Source of the DNA: Patescibacteria group bacterium
GTDB taxonomy: Bacteria > Patescibacteriota > Minisyncoccia > Phycocordibacterales > UBA2100
Direction: 5' to 3'
NCBI GenBank assembly: GCA_024654485.1
Contig: JANLHO010000057.1
Coordinates: forward strand, 1 to 38,422
DNA: 38,422 bases
Both the position numbers and the translations under genes were made by a program. Of the stretch, positions 1 through 8,313 are shown in pieces; position 1 is the first letter of the stretch; each line of letters starts with the position of its first letter. The notes below the pieces were generated by a model that was not told the origin of the DNA, searched no databases, and worked only from the letters and a program-made list of their open reading frames with translations.

Positions 1-33
1 CTCAGGAAAGGAGAAACGATAACAATTCATTAA
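1..33 (+). CDS. rplW: 50S ribosomal protein L23, 3' end only (truncated by window)
   Basis: Frame 1 reads LRKGETITIH-stop, resembling the L23 C-terminus, and lies directly upstream of rplB. Confidence 0.65.
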   Translation, partial: LRKGETITIH

Positions 34-36
34 AAT

Positions 37-138
37 ATGTCCGAATCTACGAATACATACGAATCTACGAATATCTGCGAATCCACAGGTCGGGTTCTTG
101 GTTTTATTCGTAGCCATTCGCAGATTCGGATAATGTAA
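37..138 (+). CDS. Putative 33-aa bridge ORF over an inverted CGAAT-repeat hairpin (MSESTNTYESTNICESTGRVLGFIRSHSQIRIM)
   Basis: ATG 3 nt after the rplW stop, TAA 9 nt before the rplB ATG, T at -1; arms tccgaatctacgaat (40-54) and attcgcagattcgga (116-130) are 14/15 complementary. Confidence 0.4.
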   Translation: MSESTNTYESTNICESTGRVLGFIRSHSQIRIM

Positions 139-147
139 TTCGTTGAT

Positions 148-990
148 ATGAAAAAATACAAGCCGACCTCTCCCACGCAGCGTGCGCACACGTCCGTAAA
201 CTACCGCACCTCACTCTCGGGCCACCAGCCGCACAAAGCGCTGACGCGCGGCAAGAGGAAGACCGGAGGACGCAACAGTGACGGGCGTATCACGGTACGC
301 CATCATGGCGGGGGGCACAAAAAGAGATTCCGCGACGTGGACTTCCGCTTCAACAAGAAAGACGTCCCCGCCCGCGTGTCTTCAATAGAGTACGATCCGT
401 TCCGTTCCGCGTTCATAGGGCTCGCCGTTTACCGCGACGGGGAGAAGCGCTATGTCGTCGTACCCAAAGAGATGAAGGTGGACGACACTTTCGTCGTCTC
501 GGAGTCCGCGCCTGCGAAATCGGGCAACCGCCTTCCGCTTGGGAAGATACCGGTCGGCGCTTTCGTTTACTGCGTTGAAATAAAGCCGGGTGCCGGAGCG
601 GTGCTCGCGCGCTCCGCCGGCAACTACGCCGAGGTCATCGCGCAGGATGCCGGCTATACGCACCTGAAGCTGCCTTCCACGGAGGTACGCAAGGTAATAA
701 GCACGGCGTGGGCATCCATAGGCGCGGTTTCCAACGAAGAGCATCGTCTCGTGAATCTCGGCAAGGCAGGCAGAAGCCGATGGATGGGGAAGCGCCCCAC
801 GGTTCGCGGAACCGCAATGAACCCCGTAGACCACCCGCACGGAGGCGGCGAGGGTCGTCAGGGCCGCGGTCACCGCCGAGCGCGCACGCTCTGGGGCAAA
901 CCTTCCGGCAAAGGCCAGAAGACAAGGCGGCCCAAGAAATACAGCAACGTTTTCGTCATTTCCCGTCGCAAGGTCGGCAAACGCAGATAA
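148..990 (+). CDS. rplB: 50S ribosomal protein L2
   Basis: [38 protein letters not shown] motifs. Confidence 0.99.
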   Translation: MKKYKPTSPTQRAHTSVNYRTSLSGHQPHKALTRGKRKTGGRNSDGRITVRHHGGGHKKRFRDVDFRFNKKDVPARVSSIEYDPFRSAFIGLAVYRDGEKRYVVVPKEMKVDDTFVVSESAPAKSGNRLPLGKIPVGAFVYCVEIKPGAGAVLARSAGNYAEVIAQDAGYTHLKLPSTEVRKVISTAWASIGAVSNEEHRLVNLGKAGRSRWMGKRPTVRGTAMNPVDHPHGGGEGRQGRGHRRARTLWGKPSGKGQKTRRPKKYSNVFVISRRKVGKRR

Positions 991-991
991 G

Positions 992-1022
992 AACAAAAGC
1001 CCGCGAATGCGGGCTTTTGTTT
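992..1022 (+). terminator. Intrinsic terminator after rplB
   Basis: acaaaagcccgc-gaat-gcgggcttttgt followed by tt; GC stem plus U tract. Confidence 0.8.
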
Positions 1023-1049
1023 GACATCGCCCCCCGTTTCCTATACATT
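1021..1049 (+). promoter_or_regulatory. Sigma70-type promoter upstream of rpsS
   Basis: TTGACA (1021-1026), 17-nt spacer, TACATT (1044-1049). Confidence 0.75.
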
Positions 1050-1085
1050 GTGCGGACCCGCCGAGGCGGGATTTTGATTGAACAT

Positions 1086-1418
1086 ATGACACGATCCCTC
1101 AAAAAAGGTCCGTATGTGGACGAGAAGTTGATGAAGAAGATCGGCGCCCGTAAGCCGGGCGGCGAGCCTATAAAGACGTGGGCGCGCGCGTCAATGATCG
1201 CGCCGGAATTCGTCGGCTTCACGTTCCTCGTGCACACCGGCAAGAACTTTGACGAGGTATACGTCTCGGAAGACATGGTGGGGCATCGTTTGGGAGAGTT
1301 CGCTCCCACGACCAAATTCGTCAAGCACGGAGGCCGCATGCAGAAGGAGGCTGAAATAGCCGCGAAGGCGGCCGAGGTGTCCGCAGCACAGGCGGCAAAA
1401 GCGACCGCTGCAAAATAG
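1086..1418 (+). CDS. rpsS: 30S ribosomal protein S19 with Ala/Lys-rich C-terminal tail
   Basis: [31 protein letters not shown]; start corrected to ATG 1086. Confidence 0.98.
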   Translation: MTRSLKKGPYVDEKLMKKIGARKPGGEPIKTWARASMIAPEFVGFTFLVHTGKNFDEVYVSEDMVGHRLGEFAPTTKFVKHGGRMQKEAEIAAKAAEVSAAQAAKATAAK

Positions 1419-1433
1419 TATTTGTACATGCAT

Positions 1434-1829
1434 ATGAAAGCGCTTTTAAAAAACTATCACCAGTCGCCCCGCAAGGTGCGGCTCGTCGCCGACATGATTC
1501 GGGGCAAGAGTGTATCGGATGCCCGCGCGGCGCTCCTGTATTTGCCCAAGAAGTCCGCTCCCGCGCTCGGCAAACTTCTGGACTCGGCCGTAGCCAACGC
1601 TCGCAGCGGCGGGCACGCGGCCGAGGGACTCTTCGTCAAAACGATAACGGTGGACAAGGGTGCGGTGATGCGTCGCTATCGCCCCTTTGCGCGCGGCCGC
1701 TCCGGCACTCTGCACAAAACGATGAGTATCGTACGATTGGGGCTTGCTCCGATCGAGCGACCAGCGAACAGTAAACAGCGAACAGGAAAGAAAAAAGCCG
1801 TTTCCCGCACTAAGAAAATTGCCGCATAA
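1434..1829 (+). CDS. rplV: 50S ribosomal protein L22
   Basis: QSPRKVRLVADMIRGK, SAVANA, PFARGR; gene order. Confidence 0.97.
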   Translation: MKALLKNYHQSPRKVRLVADMIRGKSVSDARAALLYLPKKSAPALGKLLDSAVANARSGGHAAEGLFVKTITVDKGAVMRRYRPFARGRSGTLHKTMSIVRLGLAPIERPANSKQRTGKKKAVSRTKKIAA

Positions 1830-1863
1830 TTACTGTTCACTGCTATCTACTCACTGCTCACTA
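1756..1863. repeat. Degenerate heptamer repeats (CAGCGAA/CAGTAAA) in the rplV tail with complementary copies after the stop codon
   Basis: cagcgaacagtaaacagcgaacag within the coding tail; ctgttcactgctatctactcactgctcact in the intergenic region. Confidence 0.6.
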
Positions 1864-1868
1864 TTCTT

Positions 1869-2549
1869 ATGACACACACCGTACATCCATACGCCCACCG
1901 TCTCGGCATAATCCGCGACTGGAAATCGCGCTGGTTCGCGAAAAATCCGGCCGATTACCGCTTCAACGTAATGGTAGATGCCGCCATACGCCGTTTCCTA
2001 AAGAAGCGTCTGCGCGGTATGTACGTTACCTCCGTGGAAATAGAGCGCAGCCAGAATGCCATCCGCGTCATAGTAAAAACCTCGCGTCCGGGCCTCGTCA
2101 TAGGTCGCGGCGGCGAAGGCTCCACCAAGCTCACCAAGGAGATAGAGAAGATAGTAAGAAGCGTGCCATCCGGCGGGAAGAGCGAGAAGATGGCGATACG
2201 GCTAGATATAGAGGAGGTCCGCTCGCCCGAGAGCCAGTCGCCCGTCGTCGCGTACATGATCGCCGAAGGTCTGGAAAAAAGGCAGCCCTTCCGACGCGTG
2301 CTCAAGCAGACGGTGGAAAAGGTCATGGCCAACCGCGATGTGGAAGGCGTGCGCATTGCGATAGCGGGTCGTCTTGGCGGTGCCGAGATGAGTCGGCAGG
2401 AAGAGATAAAGAGAGGCCGCGTACCCCTGCAGACCCTTCGTGCCGATATAGATTTCGCGCGCGAACAGGCGTATCTCCCGTATGGAATTATCGGCATCAA
2501 GGTATGGATATATCGTGGAGATATATTCTCTGACGACAAAAAAAATTAA
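1869..2549 (+). CDS. rpsC: 30S ribosomal protein S3
   Basis: HPYAHRLG, SRPGLVIGRGG KH motif, GRVPLQTLRADID, GIIGIKVWIY. Confidence 0.99.
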   Translation: MTHTVHPYAHRLGIIRDWKSRWFAKNPADYRFNVMVDAAIRRFLKKRLRGMYVTSVEIERSQNAIRVIVKTSRPGLVIGRGGEGSTKLTKEIEKIVRSVPSGGKSEKMAIRLDIEEVRSPESQSPVVAYMIAEGLEKRQPFRRVLKQTVEKVMANRDVEGVRIAIAGRLGGAEMSRQEEIKRGRVPLQTLRADIDFAREQAYLPYGIIGIKVWIYRGDIFSDDKKN

Positions 2550-2550
2550 T

Positions 2551-2667
2551 ATGAAGCGAACAGCGAACAGCGAACCCCGAATACAGCTTCGCCGACGGGG
2601 CAGGCAGCGAACAGAAACTCAAACGCGAGGACGTTCCTGCTGTTCACGGTTATCTGTTTACTGTTAA
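2551..2667 (+). CDS. Putative 38-aa bridge ORF over an inverted heptamer-repeat hairpin (MKRTANSEPRIQLRRRGRQRTETQTRGRSCCSRLSVYC)
   Basis: ATG 1 nt after the rpsC stop, TAA 9 nt before the rplP ATG; (cagcgaa)n on the left, ctgttca/ctgttta on the right. Confidence 0.4.
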   Translation: MKRTANSEPRIQLRRRGRQRTETQTRGRSCCSRLSVYC

Positions 2668-2676
2668 CTCTCTTCT

Positions 2677-3099
2677 ATGTTGGCACCAAAAAAAGCAAAA
2701 TATCGCAAGTGGCAGACCGGACGCAGGAATCCGGCGCGTCTCCTGCGCCCCGAAACGCGCGGCATCACCGTGAACTTCGGTTCGTATGGTGTGAAGGCGA
2801 TGAGTCCCGCGCGCATCACATCCAACCAGCTTGAGGCCGCGCGTCGCGCGCTCTCTCGCGCCGGCGGCAAAAGCTCCAAGATATGGATACGGGTGTTTCC
2901 CGACCGACCGTTCACGAGAAAAGCCGCGGAGGTCGGCATGGGAAGCGGTAAGGGAGACGTAGCGGGTTATGTGGTGGAGGTGCGCCCCGGCCGCGTTATT
3001 TTTGAGATAGACGGCGCACCGGAAGAGGTGGCGCGTGAGGCACTACGCAAAGCGGGGACGAAGTTGCCCTGCAAGGTGCAGGTCATAGCACGCAACTAA
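2677..3099 (+). CDS. rplP: 50S ribosomal protein L16
   Basis: MLAPKKAKYRK, QLEAARR, WIRVFPDRP, MGSGKG. Confidence 0.98.
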   Translation: MLAPKKAKYRKWQTGRRNPARLLRPETRGITVNFGSYGVKAMSPARITSNQLEAARRALSRAGGKSSKIWIRVFPDRPFTRKAAEVGMGSGKGDVAGYVVEVRPGRVIFEIDGAPEEVAREALRKAGTKLPCKVQVIARN

Positions 3100-3100
3100 T

Positions 3101-3310
3101 ATGGCATCGGAATTTTCAAAAAAGGGGATAGGGGAATTGCGCAAACTTATTGCCGACAAGCGAGAGAGCCTGCGCAGCTTTCGTTTCGGGGGAGCTGGCT
3201 CACGCACACGCAACACCCGTGAAGGAAGGATGCTTCGCAAAGACATCGCGAGGATCCTCACGGAGATAAAAGCTAGGGAGATTGATTCTAAGCGTAAAAT
3301 CGCGTCTTAG
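3101..3310 (+). CDS. rpmC: 50S ribosomal protein L29
   Basis: LRSFRF...RKDIARILT; position after rplP. Confidence 0.93.
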   Translation: MASEFSKKGIGELRKLIADKRESLRSFRFGGAGSRTRNTREGRMLRKDIARILTEIKAREIDSKRKIAS

Positions 3311-3319
3311 TGAAATAAG

Positions 3320-3460
3320 GAGCGAAGCGACTATATTTCACTTGACCCGCCTAAATTTTGAAAACCATCAAAAGCGTGATATAAAGCCGCATCCGCTATC
3401 AGTACAAATTCATTATGAAAGGCTGCGTGGCAAATTTGGGCGGGTGTAAGAGTTTCTAAC
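3320..3460 (+). repeat. Structured intergenic repeat family A, copy 1
   Basis: gagcgaagcga...acccgcctaaattt (3345-3358), variable core, aaatttgggcgggt (3432-3445)...ttctaac. Confidence 0.85.
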
Positions 3461-3465
3461 TCACT

Positions 3466-3741
3466 ATGTTCGTAAGAACTTCTAACACAGGGAAAACATT
3501 TCAGGGCGTTGTCGTTAAGGCGGCGATGAAAGACACTGCGACGGTGATGGTTGAACGCTACGTCAAGCACCCCACATACAGAAAGTATCTCCGCAAAAGC
3601 CAGAAATTCCTCGTACACGATCCGGGCAACACGGCACAGGTAGGCGAGAAGGTCACAATCAAAGAGACCCGCCCTATCTCCAGGCGCAAGCATTTCATTC
3701 TGGTCTCCGCGCAGGGTTCGCCGGACGCGGGCACAAAATAG
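3466..3741 (+). CDS. rpsQ: 30S ribosomal protein S17
   Basis: [30 protein letters not shown]. Confidence 0.97.
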   Translation: MFVRTSNTGKTFQGVVVKAAMKDTATVMVERYVKHPTYRKYLRKSQKFLVHDPGNTAQVGEKVTIKETRPISRRKHFILVSAQGSPDAGTK

Positions 3742-3745
3742 GCAT

Positions 3746-4126
3746 ATGATTCAACCGCAAACCATAGTAAAGGTAGCCGATAATTCCGGAGCGATACTCG
3801 GACGTGTATTCAAGGTGCTCGGCGGTTCCAAGCGTCGGTATGCGCAGGTGGGCGATGAAGTCGTTATATCCATCCAGAGTGCACAGCCGCGCAAGAGCGT
3901 GAAGAAGAAAGAAGTGCATCGCGCTGTCGTCGTACGTCAGGCCAAAGCCCTGCGGCGCAAAGACGGCTCGTATGTGCGCTTTGATGAGAATGCGGTAGTG
4001 CTCATCACCGGGAGCGGCAAAGAGCCAAAGGAGCCTAAAGCAAACCGCGTGTTCGGACCGATACCGCGCGAACTCGTGGAAAAAGGATACCAGCGCATAG
4101 GTTCGCTGGCGGCTGAGATAGTGTAA
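3746..4126 (+). CDS. rplN: 50S ribosomal protein L14
   Basis: [34 protein letters not shown]. Confidence 0.99.
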   Translation: MIQPQTIVKVADNSGAILGRVFKVLGGSKRRYAQVGDEVVISIQSAQPRKSVKKKEVHRAVVVRQAKALRRKDGSYVRFDENAVVLITGSGKEPKEPKANRVFGPIPRELVEKGYQRIGSLAAEIV

Positions 4127-4157
4127 ATCAGGCAGCAAAGTAGTGAGAGTAATCCAT

Positions 4158-4466
4158 ATGAAATTAAAGAAAGGAGACAAAGTAATAGTCATCGCGGGCA
4201 AAGACAAGGGGGCCGTATCTACGGTCGTGCGTATCATACGCGATAGGGACCTTGTCATCCTTGATGGCGTCAATATCGCGAAGAAGCACCGCAAGCCTTC
4301 CGCCCAGAACCGTACGGGCCAGATAGTAGATAAAACGATGCCCATACACGTGTCCAACGTAATGCTGGCGGACCCGAAGACGGGCAAGCCTACCCGTATC
4401 AGGATAAGTCGCGAGAAGGGGGATAGGCGGAGGGTCGCCGTGAAAAGCGGGCAACAGGTGAATTAA
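4158..4466 (+). CDS. rplX: 50S ribosomal protein L24
   Basis: MKLKKGDKVIVIAGKDKG KOW motif, PIHVSNV. Confidence 0.98.
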   Translation: MKLKKGDKVIVIAGKDKGAVSTVVRIIRDRDLVILDGVNIAKKHRKPSAQNRTGQIVDKTMPIHVSNVMLADPKTGKPTRIRISREKGDRRRVAVKSGQQVN

Positions 4467-4495
4467 TCCCCGATTTCGTGTATACCTACCAAGAT

Positions 4496-5032
4496 ATGAA
4501 TGCAACAACCACAGCACGGCACAAGACATTTGACGCTCTCAAGAGCGAATTTGGCTACACGAGCGTGATGCAAGCGCCGCGAGTCGGCAAGATAGTTGTA
4601 TCTACGGGCGTCGGTTCGCTTAAGGACAAAAAGAAGCTTGAGCTCATCGTTGACCGCCTTGCGCGCATCACCGGCCAGATACCGGCGCCTCGCGGGGCGA
4701 AGAAATCCATAGCGAATTTCAAGATACGCTCGGGCGACATCGTGGGGTATCAGGTGACCCTGCGGGGAGCAAGAATGCGGGCTTTCCTTGATAAGCTCAT
4801 ACACATAGTGCTGCCGCGCATGAAGGACTTTCGCGGACTGAAGCCCACGGCCATAGACGAAATGGGCAACATCACAATCGGACTCAAGGAGCACACCGTA
4901 TTCCCCGAGACCTCGGACGAGGATGCGAAAGACGTATTCGGCCTCTCCATCACCATCACGACCAGTGCCAAGAACGAAAAGGAGGCCCAGGCCTTCCTGA
5001 GGCATATAGGCCTCCCTCTCCGCGAAGAATAA
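4496..5032 (+). CDS. rplE: 50S ribosomal protein L5
   Basis: ITGQIP, AKKSIANFKIR, VTLRG, LPRMKDFRGL. Confidence 0.98.
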   Translation: MNATTTARHKTFDALKSEFGYTSVMQAPRVGKIVVSTGVGSLKDKKKLELIVDRLARITGQIPAPRGAKKSIANFKIRSGDIVGYQVTLRGARMRAFLDKLIHIVLPRMKDFRGLKPTAIDEMGNITIGLKEHTVFPETSDEDAKDVFGLSITITTSAKNEKEAQAFLRHIGLPLREE

Positions 5033-5186
5033 ATCGTTTCGCAAGCACGCAAGATTGTTCTCCTCAGAACAACTAATAATTGTACATCCCTAAAAATACG
5101 CCATAATATCAGGACATCCCTCAATAGAGAGTTATTCAGACTTATTGATCAGCGGTACAACATTGCCCGGTGAAAAGACCTTAGGT

Positions 5187-5215
5187 TTGACTTTGCCTGA
5201 CCAATCGTCTATAGT
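5187..5215 (+). promoter_or_regulatory. Sigma70-type promoter internal to the spc cluster, upstream of rpsN
   Basis: TTGACT (5187-5192), 17-nt spacer, TATAGT (5210-5215). Confidence 0.75.
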
Positions 5216-5361
5216 GCCCCTGCCTCGTAAGGGGCTTCGTTTTTTAGCAAGTCCCGCCAACGGCGGGATACTGCGAGAAACGGGGCACGGGGAAACTCTC
5301 TAACCCAACATCCGAAAGGTGGGGTGCCGGAGCTTCCAAACTCCTTCCGCGGCTCATATCT
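5216..5361 (+). promoter_or_regulatory. Candidate structured 5' leader of rpsN-rpsH
   Basis: Hairpins gcctc-GTAA-ggggc, tcccgcc-aac-ggcggga, ggg-GAAA-ctc, cc-GAAA-gg and ggcac/gtgcc pairing; three GNRA tetraloops. Confidence 0.45.
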
Positions 5362-5547
5362 ATGGCCAAAAAATCAATGATAGTGAAGGCGAATCGCAAG
5401 CCTAAATTTTCCAGTCGCACCGTGCGGCGCTGCTTCAAGTGCGGACGCCCGCGCGGCTTTATGCGCGATTTCAACCTCTGCCGCATCTGCTTCCGGGAAG
5501 AGGCTCTTGAGGGGCACATACCCGGCATCAAAAAAAGCTCATGGTAG
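5362..5547 (+). CDS. rpsN: 30S ribosomal protein S14, zinc-binding short (type Z) form
   Basis: 61 aa with CFKC...CRIC zinc ligands, IPGIKKSSW. Confidence 0.98.
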   Translation: MAKKSMIVKANRKPKFSSRTVRRCFKCGRPRGFMRDFNLCRICFREEALEGHIPGIKKSSW

Positions 5548-5566
5548 TTCGACTACTCTCACCACT

Positions 5567-5962
5567 ATGGTAAACGACCCGGTAGGAGATTTCATAGCCC
5601 GCATTATGAACGGTGGCGCAATACGCAAGGCGTCGGTCTCTATCCCTTTCTCCAATTTGAAAATGGCGATAGCGGATAAGCTGAAAGAAACGGGACACGT
5701 AGCCTCCGTGGATAAGAAAGGGAAGAAGGTGCGCAAGACATTGGACATAACGCTCAAGTACGATGAGAGCGGAGCATCTGCTATACGCGGCGCAAGGCGC
5801 GTTTCCAAGCCGGGCCGGCGCGTCTACAAGAGGGCGCAGGAGATTACGCCGGTGCGCGGTGGAAGAGGCGTTCTTTTTCTCTCAACTCCTCAGGGCATCA
5901 AGACCGGTGCCGAAGCACGAAAAGAGCATGTCGGCGGCGAGGCGCTTTTTGAGATTTGGTAA
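5567..5962 (+). CDS. rpsH: 30S ribosomal protein S8
   Basis: DPVGDFIARIMN, RVSKPGRRVY, LSTPQGI, GGE..IW. Confidence 0.98.
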   Translation: MVNDPVGDFIARIMNGGAIRKASVSIPFSNLKMAIADKLKETGHVASVDKKGKKVRKTLDITLKYDESGASAIRGARRVSKPGRRVYKRAQEITPVRGGRGVLFLSTPQGIKTGAEARKEHVGGEALFEIW

Positions 5963-5967
5963 TCAAT

Positions 5968-6513
5968 ATGAGTAGAATAGGCAAACTTCCAATAAATATC
6001 CCGTCGGGCACCGACGTGTCTGTGGCCGGAGGCGAAATAGTCGTCAAAGGCAAAAGCGGTACGCTCAAGCGCTCTCTGCACCCGGCCGTCTCGGTCGTCG
6101 TGGAAAGCGGTGCAGTGAAGGTCGCTCCCGCGCAGAGCTCCCGTCAGGCGCGCGCGCTTTGGGGCACTTACGCGGCGCACGTGAACAACATGATACACGG
6201 TGTCAATACGCCGTTCGTGAAAAAGCTTCAGATAGAGGGGATAGGATACCGCGCCGAGATGTCCGGCAAGCAGCTGAAGCTTATGCTCGGGTTCTCGCAC
6301 CCGGTCGTGATAGAAATACCCGAAGGCATCACGGTCTCCGTAGAGAAGAATATAGTCGCCGTCTCCGGTGCCGACATAGAGCAGGTCGGAGAGTTTGCGG
6401 CAAGCGTCCGCGCTATACGTAAGCCCGAGCCGTACAAGGGCAAGGGCATCCGCTACGAGGGTGAGGCGGTAAGACAGAAGCAGGGCAAGAAAGCCGCAGC
6501 CGCAGCCGCATAA
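5968..6513 (+). CDS. rplF: 50S ribosomal protein L6
   Basis: MSRIGKLPI, LGFSHP, PEPYKGKGIRY. Confidence 0.99.
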   Translation: MSRIGKLPINIPSGTDVSVAGGEIVVKGKSGTLKRSLHPAVSVVVESGAVKVAPAQSSRQARALWGTYAAHVNNMIHGVNTPFVKKLQIEGIGYRAEMSGKQLKLMLGFSHPVVIEIPEGITVSVEKNIVAVSGADIEQVGEFAASVRAIRKPEPYKGKGIRYEGEAVRQKQGKKAAAAAA

Positions 6514-6534
6514 AATCGTTGAACAGAAAACAAT

Positions 6535-6879
6535 ATGAAATCCATAAAATCCAGCAAACGAGAACGACGGCACGCACGCGTACGTGCGAAGGTGGCGGGC
6601 AGCGCGAAGCGCCCGAGGCTGTCTATCTACAAGTCCAACACGCGCATAATCGCACAAATCATAGACGACGAAAAAGGTACGACGATCGCATCCGTGTCGT
6701 CGCTTGGTGAAAAAGGCAAGAATCCGCGCGAGAGGGCAGAGATGGCGGCGGCAACGCTCGTCAAGAAAGCCGCTGCAGCCGGCGTGAAAGAGGTTGTGTT
6801 TGACCGCGGCGGGTTCCAATATCTCGGTACGATAAAGACGTTCGCCGAAGCAGCCCGCGCCGCAGGATTAAAATTTTAA
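6535..6879 (+). CDS. rplR: 50S ribosomal protein L18
   Basis: RPRLSIYKSN, AQIIDD, VVFDRGGFQY, ARAAGLKF. Confidence 0.98.
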   Translation: MKSIKSSKRERRHARVRAKVAGSAKRPRLSIYKSNTRIIAQIIDDEKGTTIASVSSLGEKGKNPRERAEMAAATLVKKAAAAGVKEVVFDRGGFQYLGTIKTFAEAARAAGLKF

Positions 6880-6889
6880 AGAAGATGTT

Positions 6890-7063
6890 ATGAGCAAAGC
6901 GAATTACATATACTTTACCCGCCTAAATTTTGCGTTCAACGTGATGCAGAATCACTCATTGCAGAGCAGTGTTGCTGCTCAAATCCCGAGTATGGCAAAT
7001 AAGATAAATTTGGGCGGGTGGAAGTTATTTCTAAACTCGTATACACTCGCTAAGAAAAACTAA
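6890..7063 (+). repeat. Structured intergenic repeat family A, copy 2; also an intact 57-aa bridge ORF (MSKANYIYFTRLNF...LAKKN)
   Basis: Arms acccgcctaaattt (6917-6930) and aaatttgggcgggt (7006-7019); ATG 10 nt after the rplR stop, TAA 2 nt before the rpsE ATG. Confidence 0.85.
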
Positions 7064-7065
7064 CC

Positions 7066-7659
7066 ATGGCCGCCGAAGCAGAAACAAAGACCGCACAGAG
7101 CAAAGAAGGCGCAGCATCTGCAGCGCCGCAGCGCCGCTCCATGCCGCCACATCGTGGAGCGCGCGGCCCTCGGCGCGGAGGTCCGCGCGATGATCGGCGC
7201 AGTGAATTCGCGCAAAAGCTGATAACCATTCGCCGCGTGGCGCGCGTCATGGCGGGCGGCCGCCGCTTCAACTTTTCCGCCGCGCTCGTACTCGGAGACA
7301 AAAAAGGTCGTGTCGGACTTGGCTTGGGTAAGGCTGCGGATACCGCTACGGCGATAGAAAAAGCGACAAGAGCTGCGAAGCGCAGCATGATAACGGTTGA
7401 CCTGACCAAGACACGCAGCATACCGCACGAGATAGAAGCGAAGTTCTGTGCATCCCGCGTTGCGATACGACCCAGCCCGGGCCGCGGACTCGTAGCCGGC
7501 TCATCCGTCCGCACCATACTTGAGCTTGCAGGCATCACCGATGTCACGGGGAAGCTTCTTTCGCGCAGCCACAATTCCATCAACAACGCCCGCGCCGCGC
7601 TGAAAGCTCTGCAGCAAATCGCCCCCGCGAAAGCCAAGCAGGTCACGGGCAAAAAATAG
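7066..7659 (+). CDS. rpsE: 30S ribosomal protein S5
   Basis: RRVARVMAGGRRFNFSA, GRVGLGLGKA, VRTILELAGI. Confidence 0.98.
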   Translation: MAAEAETKTAQSKEGAASAAPQRRSMPPHRGARGPRRGGPRDDRRSEFAQKLITIRRVARVMAGGRRFNFSAALVLGDKKGRVGLGLGKAADTATAIEKATRAAKRSMITVDLTKTRSIPHEIEAKFCASRVAIRPSPGRGLVAGSSVRTILELAGITDVTGKLLSRSHNSINNARAALKALQQIAPAKAKQVTGKK

Positions 7660-7660
7660 T

Positions 7661-7800
7661 ATGCCCGGCAGGACAATTTCGAATCGCTACCTTATGATGA
7701 ATAATCACACCAATAACGGTTACGTCATGATGAAAGAAACGAATTTTCACTTTGATCGGGTGAGCATCCACAAGAATTATTCGAAATTGTACTAGCCGGG
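7661..7800 (+). mobile_element. MITE-like inverted-repeat element in the usual rpmD position; contains a 44-aa bridge ORF (7661-7795)
   Basis: Terminal arms cccggc-agg-acaatttcgaat (7664-7684) and attcgaaattgt-acta-gccggg (7779-7800); GTATG occurs on both sides. Confidence 0.55.
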
Positions 7801-7801
7801 T

Positions 7802-8305
7802 ATGGCAACACTCAACCAGCTTAAGCGAATGACGAAGAGGCCGTACCGCAGGGTCGGCCGCGGTCAATCCTCTACTCGCGGCAAGCAATCCGGTCGCGGC
7901 GGCAAGGGGCAGACAGCCCGCGCCGGTGCGAAAGTGCGCCCCGCCATGCGCGACATCATAAAGAAGCTCCCGAAGCGACGCGGCTTCGGGAAGAACCGTG
8001 CGCGTACCGTGGACGGCACCCGGCCGGTCGCTTTGGCGCTCTCCGTATCGCGCCTTGAAGCGCTTTTTGAGGGCGGCGCCGAGGTCACTCAGAAGGCGTT
8101 TATTGAGAAAAAGATAGTTTCGGCGCGGCTGCACCGTCCGGTCAAGATAGTCGGCGGCGGGGAGCTTTCCAAGAAATTCATCCTAAAAGGCGTTCCCGTT
8201 TCGGCCTCGGCCAGGAGTGCGATTGAGAAAGCGGGAGGTAGCATTATAGAATCCGCCCAAGGCGGATCGGCCTTGGGCCGAAAAGCCGGCGGCAGCGTCG
8301 CATAA
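7802..8305 (+). CDS. rplO: 50S ribosomal protein L15
   Basis: RVGRGQSSTRGKQSGRGGKGQTARAG, KLPKRRGF, AIEKAGG. Confidence 0.97.
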   Translation: MATLNQLKRMTKRPYRRVGRGQSSTRGKQSGRGGKGQTARAGAKVRPAMRDIIKKLPKRRGFGKNRARTVDGTRPVALALSVSRLEALFEGGAEVTQKAFIEKKIVSARLHRPVKIVGGGELSKKFILKGVPVSASARSAIEKAGGSIIESAQGGSALGRKAGGSVA

Positions 8306-8313
8306 ATTAAGAT

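Noticed and set aside
3311..3465. Clean bridge ORF between rpmC and rpsQ
   Set aside because: The family ATG is AGG here; one frame is open to 3449 with only an ATA near its start, and a separate ATG ORF (3415-3459) covers the end, so it was not counted
7661..7795. Divergent L30 gene
   Set aside because: The 44-aa peptide has no L30 motifs (no LGL, no RGM) and its DNA is an inverted-repeat element
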